A stretch of DNA of 62,941 nucleotides, filler included, from Basidioascus undulatus (taxonomy: Eukaryota): NCBI GenBank assembly GCA_000826855.1. It is 4 parts of 4 records of this genome, joined end to end, with 100 filler letters (N's around TTAATTAATTAA, not from the genome) between each part and the next. Parts side by side here need not be neighbours in the genome. Positions count along the whole stretch, not along the records: positions 1 to 15,707 come from JTLS01000629.1; positions 15,808 to 31,487 come from JTLS01000630.1; 2 more parts are not named here. One strand, written 5' to 3'. The translations under genes were made by a program, and so were the position numbers. The notes under the pieces were generated by a model. It did not search any database. It was not told where the DNA came from and worked only from the letters and a program-made list of their open reading frames with translations. Shown here one piece after another: positions 13,850-23,342 of the stretch. The first letter of the stretch is position 1. Every line of letters starts with the position of its first letter.

Positions 13850-14050
13850 CTGAGGAACGCATAGCAAACGCAAGGCTCTGTGAGGGAGTGAAAGCGCCGG
13901 TTGACCAAAGACAAGCGGGCCAATCGCAGGCGGGCCCGTGGACTAGGATTGAGAGTGAGAGGCCCGGATCCCACACGGCTAGAGGGTCCGAACTGCGAGA
14001 GGAAGGAGGTGGAGGAGGATGTCGTCGGGGAGGGAGAGGAGGAGGGCCAT
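13850..14050 (-). pseudogene. Second F-box N-terminal relic, inverted paralog of the 11005 copy
   Basis: ATG at 14050 gives MALLLSLPDDILLHLLPLAVRTL* (F-box start, stop at codon 24). LARLSLVNRRFHSLTEP follows in another frame. Confidence 0.6.
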
Positions 14051-14779
14051 TGTGAGTAGTTAGAGAGGATGGTCACAGGTCAGAAGTGATTTTCAGAGAA
14101 AGAGAGACAAAAGGAACATAACTAGGGGGGATAGTCATGGCGGACAGAGCGCAAGGTGGCCCGACGGTCTTCGCCGCAGGGTCGGCGGAACCACTGGACG
14201 GCGCACACGCCTGCCTTGGAAAGCGTTGAGGGCAGCCGCTATCAGGGCTTTCAGGGTGGCGCTCGCCGTTTCTTGTTCTCAGCGAAACACGTTCATCCAT
14301 TTGCCATGGACGGTTGTATATTTCCTTGGCTATATTTTTTTCCGAAGGTTCCACAGAGATTTAGATAACGAGGGCATATGGTGTAGTGGCTTATCACGCC
14401 TTCTTAGCATGTCGCTGGGTGGAGGAGGTCTCCGGTTCAATTCCGGATATGTCCATTTATTTTACTCTTTTGCTGGTGCTAAATCATTTGTTTTACCCAG
14501 AGTGAAGCAATTCCATCCTCTGCCTCAGCTTTTCCTTGAGCGTCGCACCGAGCGAGGATACAGAAGCAGGCGACCGCGCCGCGCTGTAACCGGGCCGGTT
14601 CGCTGGGTCAGCCGAGTGCTGGCTTCCCTTCCCGCCTTTGCCTGTCGCTGTCATCCCCGGTTTCGCAAGGTCGTCTGGGAGGAACACTTTCACCGAATCC
14701 AGTACGTACTGCATTCTGAATTAACATCCACATCCGGCGCTACCTGAATGCTCATGGCAACCTGGTTCCAGCAGCCACG

Positions 14780-15707
14780 ATGTCCGCCCGACCGACGTCC
14801 CCCCCAGTGGGCGCGTCTTCCTCGTCCGCCTCCGCCTCCGCGCGCCCAATGAACCCGCACCAAGCGTCCCTGCACGCCCTACGCCTACGTGACGCCTCCG
14901 TCAACCCCGCCTCCTCGTCCTCCGCCTTCTCCACCCGCACGCCCGGCTCCCCGCGCTCCTCCCGACGCAGCATCTTCGAGTCCGAGACCGAGCCCGACAG
15001 CGAGATCTACTCCCCGCGGCCGCGCTACCCGTCCACCTCCGAGCTCGGGTTCCCGCTCTTTGACCAGCCGGATGGAAGGCGCGCGGGTAGCACGACGAGC
15101 AGTCTGAGGGCGCCGAGCCCGCTGGCGAACAGGAAGGAGGGGAGGGAGAGGAGGAGGCGAAGGAAAGAGGAGGGCACGCTCAGAGGCGAGGAACACGATA
15201 GTATGGCGAGGAGGTGGGTGCGGTGGATGGCTAGGAGCGGGTTGGGCTCGTGGACGGGCGTGTGCGTTCTGGGTGGGGTTACGCTTGTGAAGTGGGCGGT
15301 GGGGCTGTCGGGGTATTCGGGTGCGTCCCTCATCTCCTACCCTTTGTTTCTGCGCATACTTACGGCATTTGACGCACAGGCGAAGGGAAACCACCGATGT
15401 TCGGCGACTACGAAGCCCAGCGGCATTGGATGGTCTGTCTCGCTACTTACCACCTCCATCCCACTTTCCGCTCACCAACGTCCAAAAACAAGGAAATCAC
15501 CCTGCACCTCCCCCTCCGGCGATGGTACTCTTACGATCTGCCCTACTGGGTGCATATCTTCTCCCTTAATTCCTCAGCTCAACTCGACCCTCACTGCTCC
15601 TTGTCGGGTGTCGGATATGCAGGGCCTCGACTACCCCCCTCTAACAGCCTACGTCTCCTACCTCTGCGCCCTCCCGTATGTCCCCCTTCTCCCCTGCATT
15701 TCTCTTT
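14780..15707 (+). CDS. ALG6: Dolichyl-P-glucose alpha-1,3-glucosyltransferase ALG6 (5' part; cut at contig end)
   Basis: Spliced [60 protein letters not shown] is the ALG6 signature. Confidence 0.93.
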
Positions 15708-15807
15708 NNNNNNNNNNNNNNNNNNNNNNNNNNNNNNNNNNNNNNNNNNNNTTAATTAATTAANNNNNNNNNNNNNNNNNNNNNNNNNNNNNNNNNNNNN
15801 NNNNNNN
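15708..15807. other. Artificial contig-joining spacer
   Basis: 44 N + TTAATTAATTAA (stops in all six frames) + 44 N; identical to the other two spacers. Confidence 0.97.
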
Positions 15808-17104
15808 GGGGTGTGCGGGAGGTAGACCGGCATGGGCATGGCGCGCATGGCTGGCTCGTGTGTTGCGTGCATCCTGGCAGGCCGGCTGGATCCAAACTGG
15901 GGGGTGGGTGTAGTGTTGTTGTCGGTCGAGGAATGCTTGATGCCGGTCAGTTAAGAAGGCAGTTCAGTCGGCGGTGTGCCTAGCGCGCAGTCTCGGATCT
16001 CAGCTCAGCGTGTATAATTCGTGATGCGTCCATGACCGCTGCCTACTCACGCTCGCTCTTCCCTCGCTGTTTCGTCTCAGCGTCAACAGCGACGAGGATG
16101 ATAAAAGAGAGAAAGAAAGAGACAGTTGGAGCTTGAGGGAGGAGAAGATGAGGACAAGAACAAAGGATGAGCGTAATGATCGACACTTTCGAGGGGCCGT
16201 CCCTCGTCGCTTCGGCTCGCGTCCACCCGCGTACGCGAACAATGAAACTGAGACACGCCGATCGCGAGTCCTCAAGAAAGCGATGCAGATGTAATGCTCC
16301 CAAAAGAGCGTATGAAGCAACCTAACACAACTCAACACAGCTCGCCGATCCACTCCCGGCCTGCTCACCGCCCCCGCAGGGCCGAACTCCGCGTCCACGA
16401 TGTCCCGAGCAACGGGAACAGTTGCCCCAAGCAGCACAGGAAGAATCCACTTTTCATAAAACATTGATTCGAGGGACCGTAAAATTGCTGGCGGATCTCG
16501 AGTACGTCATGGTCGTGCTCAGAGAAAGCAGGAAGATGAGGATGAGGTCATTGGAGCCGCGTGAGGCTTGGCGGGGAGCGTAGGTCGCACAAGGCGTGCA
16601 CAGGGCGGCGACGTCCAAATGTCGGCTGATGGTCAATCTGCTCTAAAGGGTGAAAGATGAATTCATCAGCACCTGCCCAGTGTGCGAACGAAGCCCAAAC
16701 GAGAGTAGTGTGCGCTGTTGAAGCTGCTTCGCCCTTGGACGCGTCCTCGGAAGCTTGCATCGCTTCTTTGGCAAGTCAAGGAGTTATCAAACCTCAGTGA
16801 CGGGAGCGGAGGGGAATCGGATGGTGATTACCTTGGCTTAAAACGTCGGTGCTATCCGTCTTCTAGGGAGTTGACAGTAGATGAAGGGAGGGAAATTGTT
16901 GCGCTTCCCGGTCGCAGTCTCTCACATCAGTTGGAGCATTGAGTAGGAGGCCGCTGAGGTTAGAAGCTCTACACGGATAATGTGAGATTTTTTGAGCCGA
17001 AAGATGATGAACTGATGGCGACATGAAAGGGAGGAAGAAACTACGGGTGACTTCTCTCGTCCCCCACCAGTTGCTTGTTGACCGTGCGGGCAAAAACTCC
17101 ACGG

Positions 17105-17132
17105 ATCACCCCTGATTGGTAGGCGTTATAAA
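17105..17132 (+). promoter_or_regulatory. Candidate SRE-like site + inverted CCAAT + TATA cluster upstream of ERG7
   Basis: ATCACCCCTG (17105-17114), ATTGG (17115-17119) and TATAAA (17127-17132), about 430-450 bp before the ERG7 ATG. Motif match only. Confidence 0.25.
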
Positions 17133-17413
17133 GGGACTGCTTTCTCCAGTTTGTAAATTGCGCATGCCAATGACTTGCTGTCGGGTTCAGAAACTGCAAG
17201 CAAGCTGAGCAGCGCTCAGCGGCGAGAAAAGTGAGCAGAGCCAGCAGTTGCGCCGCGGCGTTGAAGAACGACGCTTCTTCAAAACGTTCCATGTCGGCCC
17301 AGTTTCAAAGAAATTTACTGTATTCGGCCTAGCAATGAATGCACTCAGAGCAAACGAAACGTGAAATTTTTGAAGAAAGCTGGCTGCTTTTGGCTTGAAG
17401 CTGCAGGAACCGC

Positions 17414-17437
17414 CTCGGGCTCGGGCTCGGGCTCGGG
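17414..17437. repeat. (CTCGGG)x4 microsatellite in ERG7 upstream region
   Basis: ctcgggctcgggctcgggctcggg. Confidence 0.9.
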
Positions 17438-17555
17438 CATCTCGCAGCGCGTGAACGTGAGCTGATCTTACCCTCGTCTACATCCTTTCCATGAGCTGAA
17501 GCTCCCTCCTCAACGAGCACTCATACGCATACCCAATCTTCCCGACCGAAATCCC

Positions 17556-20500
17556 ATGTCCTTCCCGCCGGCCGCATCGCCCCAGCCCGCCGGCAGCGGG
17601 TGCTACCCGCCCTTCACAGACTACGCACGCTGGCGGCTGGAGGTGTCGGACGGGGGCAGGCACAGGTGGAAGTATTTGACGCCTGAGGAGGCGGCTGAGC
17701 GGCCGCAGACGGAGGAGGATCGGTACTGGCTTGGACTGGATATTGTGAGTCTGTCGCACACCGCCGGCCGCGCGCTGTGAGAAGCTCACTTTGTGGTGGG
17801 CTGGCGAGGACACCCGCGAGCTCCCGAAAGCTCGGGATCCGATGTCAGCTGCGCGGAATGGTGCGTATCGTGCTACGGTTGTGATCTGAGGGATTGTGAT
17901 TGATTGATGGAACGACAGGCTACGAGTTCTACAAGCGCCTGCAGTCGATCGACGGCCACTGGTCGGGCGAGTACGGCGGGCCGATGTTCCTCCTCCCCGG
18001 GCTGGTGATCAGCAACTACATTGTCGGCCTCCCCCTACGGGAGGAGCAGCGGCTCGAGATCATCCGGTACCTGTTCAACCGCGCGCACCCGGACGACGGC
18101 GGATGGGGCATGTGCGTCTGCGTCTGCGTCTTCCTTTCGCATCCCCCGTTCTGCCTGGGTGCTGACGTTGAGGGCATTGCGGATGGAAGCCATATTGAGA
18201 GCCCTAGTACGGTGTTTGGGACGGCACTCAACTACGTCACGCTTCGCTTGCTCGGCGTCGGGCCCGATCACGAAGTGCTCGTCAAGGCGCGGGGGACGCT
18301 GCACAAGCTAGGTTCGTAAAGGACCTCCAGCCCGGCCTCTCTCTTCTCTATCAAACCAGCTTTAAACACATTTGCTGATCCCACATCACGCGGAATAGGT
18401 GGAGCTGTTGGGATGCCGGCTTGGGGGAAGTTCTGGCTGAGCTGCCTGGGCGCGTACGACTGGGCCGGTGTGAACCCCGTCCCGCCTGAACTCTGGTAAG
18501 CCTGTCGCTTCCAGTCCCTTCCATGACGTGCGTGTGCGCTTACGTTTGGCGCCAGGCTTCTGCCCGAATGGCTTCCCTTTCACCCGACGCGTTGGTGGAT
18601 CCACGTGCGACAGGTAGGACCCTGCACTGTCCCCTGGCTGCCGCGCTTAAACGCAGATGAACATTGCTTCATGGCCGCGGCCGACGCAGATCTACCTCCC
18701 CATGTCCTATCTCTACGCCAAGCGCTTCACCGCGCCGCTCGACCCCCTCATCTCCTCTCTCCGAGAAGTGCGCCTCCGCATCCCTCCCTCTTCCCTCCAC
18801 ACACCCTAACGAAGCTTCCATCTTCACCCGTCGTGCGCTCTCCGCCCTTAGGAGCTCTACACGCAACCGTACTCCTCCATCCACTGGCCCTCGCAGCGCA
18901 ACAACATCGCGCCCGTCGACCTTTACGCGGCGCACTCAGGCGTCTACGACGCGATCAACGTCTTCCTCTACTACGGGTACGAGTGGGGGTGCGGTGCGCT
19001 GCCCCCGCTGCGGCGGGCTGCGGTGCAGAAGGCGTACGAGATGGTCGTTTGGGAGGACGAGAACACTTCGTATCAGGGTGCGGCGCCATCATCTTCATTG
19101 CTATTGTGATGCAAGGGAGGATCGCTGATGCGCTCGTGTAGGCCTGGCTCCGATCAACAAGGCTTTCAACCTGCTCGTCCGCTTCGACGCGGAGGGGCGC
19201 GAGTCGGACGCGATCCGCCTGCACGCGGAGAAGGTCGACGATTTCCTCTGGCTTGGGCCAGACGGCTTGCGCGAGACCGGCACGAACGGCTCTCAACTCG
19301 TACGGTTTCCCTCTCCCCTTTCCATCATCATTCCCTTAATCTGCATTCACTCACATTGAATGCACGCCTAATCCCTCGCAGTGGGACGCCGCCTTCATCG
19401 GCCAGACGCTCGTCGAGACCGGCCTGGGCGCCGAGCCGTTCAACCACGCGTCGACGTCGCTCCTCCTCGAGTGGCTCGACGGGTGCCAGATCAAACAGAA
19501 CCCGAAGTGGCCCAAGTACCGGCAGCCGACGAAGGGCGCCTGGCCGTTCAGCACCGCCGAGCAGGGGTACACCGTCAGCGACTGTACCGCCGAGGGGATC
19601 AAGGCTGTGCTGCTGCTGCAGGAACATCTGGAGTACGTCGGCTTGGTGATAATCTTCTGTGACTTCCCGAAGGACGAATAATGCGGGACTGACGGACACT
19701 CTTGACGTCGTGCGCCCCAGACATACCGAGCAGCGCGTCTCGCCCGAGCGGCTACAAAATGCAGTCGACATTCTGCTCGACATGCAGAACGCCGACGGTG
19801 GGTTCGCTTCGTACGAGCGGATTCGCGGGCCCAAGCTGCTGGAACAGCTGAACCCGGCCGAGGTGTTTGGTGAGTGTCTCTCGCTTCGCACTGAGTTTCT
19901 TACAAGATTTTAACTGTGCGCTTCGGCGGGACGAACAGGCAACATCATGATCGAATACTCGTACCCCGAGTGCACGACGTCCGTCCTCACGGCGCTCACG
20001 CTCTTCAAGAAGTCGCAGCCGAAGTACCGGCGGGCTGAAATCGAGTGCGTCTCCACCTCCCCTTCACCGACCATTCCCCTTGCCCCCTCCCTGCCATCCT
20101 CCAAGCTTCGAACATTTGGAATAGTGAGCTGACTGACGCTAAGGGCTCTGGTCCACACAGGACCATCACCCGCAGCGCGATCGCATACATCCACAGCGCA
20201 CAGCGCGCCGACGGCAGCTGGTTCGGCAGCTGGGCAATCTGCTTCACCTACGCGACGATGTTTGCGCTCGAGTCGCTCGGCAGCGTCGGCGAGACGTACG
20301 AGAACAGCGAGTCGGTCCGGAAGGCGTGCGACTTTCTCGTCGGAAAGCAGATGGAGGACGGCGGCTGGGGAGAGTCGTACCTGGTCAGTCGGCTGCATCT
20401 TGGCTTGTGCCGACTTTCGATCTTGCTGAATGTTTGCGTGTGCGGCCGGACGTAGTCGTGCGAGACGGGCAAGTACGTTCCTCATGCGCAGTCGCAGGTC

Positions 20501-20952
20501 GTCCAGACCGCATGGGCGCTGCTCGCGCTCCTGTACGGCAAGTACCCGCACTTCGAGGCCATCAAACGCGGCGTGCGCTTGATCATGTCCCGACAGCTGC
20601 CAGTGCATCTTTCTTTGTTGTCTGCCCGCTGGTGATCCGGAGCTGACTTGGCGGCTACCCTTGATCCAGGACGGCTCGTGGGCGCAAGAGGCGATCGAGG
20701 TGCGCTGGGGACTGTTTCCGTGAGCAACGAAGAGCGTCACACTGACAAGATTATCACATGCAGGGCATCTTTAACAAGAACTGCGCCATCTCATACGTGC
20801 GTCCCCATTCGTCTATCGGCATGTTTGCCCCGTCGAGCTCGCCTGACCAAGCTGTCTTTTCACTTCCACAGCCCAACTTCAAGTTTTCATTCACTGTACG
20901 CGCACTCGGCAAGGCCGCGCTTGATTTCAACGACCAGGATTGGACTGCGTAG
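17556..20952 (+). CDS. ERG7: Oxidosqualene cyclase, lanosterol synthase type
   Basis: [70 protein letters not shown] (catalytic DCTAE with lanosterol-type T/Q/V residues), QW repeats ([25 protein letters not shown]) and [11 protein letters not shown] at 20950-20952. Confidence 0.96.
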
Positions 20953-21377
20953 TAGATAGACTGAGCGTAGTCATTCATTTGCTGATTGAACGTACGTGCC
21001 AAAGGTCGTGGCTACGGCGCACGCAGTCCCACATTGGCATACCCAGTAATACTCACCTGATTTTACACACTCATCAGCATGCAGCACACGTAGACTGTCC
21101 AGCAGCCCAACTTGCGTGTTAGTGTGTCAACGCTAGCTGACCTGAAGGCGTTCTTCGCACCTTCGCAAGTTGATCATCTAGTCTCTATGCAGTCGCGGTA
21201 CCCCCCAAGAGACGACAGCCGTCGTGTGACAAGAACTGAGCGCGAAGGACGCATAGTTCGATGGAGAGCGAAAAAAACAACACGGTACAAGAAGTCGTCA
21301 ACCAAAGCGAAAAAGAAACAAAGGACCTAAGCTCCCCCTTGCGGAACCCACCTCCCATCCCAGAGCCGATCAATCAG

Positions 21378-23342
21378 CTAGCTAACGACCGCCACTGCCC
21401 AACCGCCGTCCTCCTGCCTGATGACCCTGATGCCGTAATTCGCCTCCCACCTCACGCCATCGCTTCGTCCAAACGCGATCCTGAGGCCCTCGTCCGCCTC
21501 CCCGCCGGCCCCAGCAATCTCCTCCGCGCCCGGCAGCTGGACGCTGCACGCGCTCATGCGTTCCTCGCCGACATGCTCGTCCGCGTCCTCGGGCGCAGCG
21601 GGCTGAAGGCGGAGGAGGAGGCCCGCGTCGCCGGGGGGCAGCGAGCGGTGGGTGACGCGCGTGGAGAGCGGTCCGAGCGGGCCGAGGTACAGCGCGAGCT
21701 GCTCCTGCGCGAAGGGCGACGGCGGGCGGAAGAGGGAGGAGACGGTCAGATCGAGCGAGTGCGTCAGGGGGCGGTAGTACGGCTGCGTGGTGAGGCGCGG
21801 GAGGGGCGTGATCGACAAGGGGTTGGGCGAGGCGGGGTTGAGATACGAGGGCGGGAGGTGGAAGGTCGAGGAGAAGGAGCCTGAGAGAGAGTAGTACAGA
21901 GTGGGTGAATGTTTCATGAGTAAAAGGAAGGGGAAGAGGAGTGAAAAAACCGACGCACCAGTGCTCAAGAGCGTCCAGCAAACAGCATCGTCGATCTCGC
22001 CCTCCTTTCCCTTGCCCTTCCCCACCTTCACGCCGCTCATGCGCTCCGCTGTACGCCACACCGCGGCCGGCTCGCCCGCCTGCCCTGCGCCGAGGAAGAG
22101 GCCGTCGGCGCGCTCGAGCGCGACGCGGTGCATCTGCTTGACGACGCCCTCGGCGGTGTTGTCGAGGATGTTTTTGTCGACGCGGCGGATGATGAGCGGG
22201 GGGGTGACGAAGATCTCGGTGCGGAGCTGGATCGTCTGGTTGTACTGCAGCGGCGGGTCCATCTCCTCCTCTACTGCGCCGTCGCCCGCGGCGCCACCGT
22301 CGGGCGACGCGCTCGTCGACGCCGTAGGCGGCTGGCGCTGCCCGCCAGAGACGACTATCACCTCCCATGGCACCCACTCGTCCGCCTCGACCGTCAGCCC
22401 GAAGCTGCCCGCCACGCCGAGGTAGCGCGTGGACGTCGTCTGGCTCGCGAGGCGGTTGAAGAGTGCGATGCGGGGCGCCTTGGGCCCCGTCGCAAAGTGG
22501 CCCACGCCCGAGGCCGCCCACGAGCCCGTCTTCTTGCTCGGCTTGGAGATGATGCTGATGGGCGGGGAGCGGAGGCTCGCGAATGGCTGCTCGCCCGCCA
22601 TGGACGAGAATAGTCGGATGTTGAGATAAAACTCCTTCGCGCCCTTGTCGCCCTTGCCGCCTCCCGCGGCGACAAACGCGCCCTTGAAGAACGTACCCTC
22701 AGGCGTGACCTCCGCGCGCGACTCGGCGCCAACCTCGACGTTCCCGTCCGTCCCTCCGAGCGGTATCAGCCCCGCCTCGACCGAGTTCGGGAGCGCGCCG
22801 CCGGACACGCGCAGGATCGGCGGGGGCACGAGCAGGCGGCGCTCCGTGCCGTAGCTCTTCTGGGCGTAGAGCGGGTGGAGGAGCGTGAGCGTCGTGGGCG
22901 TCTCGGGCGTGGACTCCACGAGGCGCTTCGCAGGCCGCTCGGACGCGACGTCGGGCGAGAGCGGGCGCTTGTGCGACGTCGAGACGGGCGCGGGCGAATG
23001 GTGGTGCCGGTAGTCGTCCCAGGGCGAATGGTGGTGGTGGTGCGCGACGGCCGCGGCGTGGTGCGCGTTCCAGCCGCCGGCGAGGTGCTCGGACGCGGCG
23101 AGGAGGGAGGACAGCGCGTCACCGGAGGACGTCGCCGACGCGTTGGCGCCCTCGGGCGAGGCCGCGATCGCGTTCAAGAGGAGGTTAAGCGCAGTCGTGT
23201 CGTCGGTCTCTGTCGTCCCGCCCTGCGCGCCGTGCGAGTCTGTCCCCTCCGCAGAGTCCCGGACGTCGGGGCCGGGCAGGGAGGGGTCAAGGGTGGGATC
23301 GTGGTGCCCGTTCAGGTGGTGCTCGTCGGTGTGCTCGGACAT
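21378..23342 (-). CDS. CSL family (CBF1/RBP-J/Su(H)/LAG-1) transcription factor, fungal Cbf11/12-like
   Basis: HPLYAQKSYGTERRLLVPPP (LAG1 DNA-binding N-domain), IISKPSKK, IALFNRLASQTTSTRYL (beta-trefoil), PLIIRRVDK, QMHRVAL and RSDGV. One 78-nt intron at 21881-21958. His-rich low-complexity N-terminus. Confidence 0.9.
   Translation of the reverse strand: MSEHTDEHHLNGHHDPTLDPSLPGPDVRDSAEGTDSHGAQGGTTETDDTTALNLLLNAIAASPEGANASATSSGDALSSLLAASEHLAGGWNAHHAAAVAHHHHHSPWDDYRHHHSPAPVSTSHKRPLSPDVASERPAKRLVESTPETPTTLTLLHPLYAQKSYGTERRLLVPPPILRVSGGALPNSVEAGLIPLGGTDGNVEVGAESRAEVTPEGTFFKGAFVAAGGGKGDKGAKEFYLNIRLFSSMAGEQPFASLRSPPISIISKPSKKTGSWAASGVGHFATGPKAPRIALFNRLASQTTSTRYLGVAGSFGLTVEADEWVPWEVIVVSGGQRQPPTASTSASPDGGAAGDGAVEEEMDPPLQYNQTIQLRTEIFVTPPLIIRRVDKNILDNTAEGVVKQMHRVALERADGLFLGAGQAGEPAAVWRTAERMSGVKVGKGKGKEGEIDDAVCWTLLSTGASVFSLLFPFLLLMKHSPTLYYSLSGSFSSTFHLPPSYLNPASPNPLSITPLPRLTTQPYYRPLTHSLDLTVSSLFRPPSPFAQEQLALYLGPLGPLSTRVTHRSLPPGDAGLLLRLQPAAPEDADEHVGEERMSACSVQLPGAEEIAGAGGEADEGLRIAFGRSDGVRWEANYGIRVIRQEDGGWAVAVVS

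Noticed and set aside
15752..15763. Palindromic TTAATTAATTAA recurring three times at near-regular spacing
   Set aside because: It sits inside identical N padding and is a six-frame stop linker, an assembly artefact rather than a biological repeat.
15808..16500. Possible 5' end of a minus-strand gene (MHATHEPAMRAMPMPGLPP…) at the contig edge
   Set aside because: Only about 22 codons precede the spacer, which is too little to support a call.
21382..22521. Long alternative-frame or antisense ORFs (also 247-684, 31594-32421, 35288-35989, 60052-60894)
   Set aside because: Arg/Gly/Ala-rich shadow ORFs produced by high GC3 codon bias of the real overlapping genes; no family motifs.
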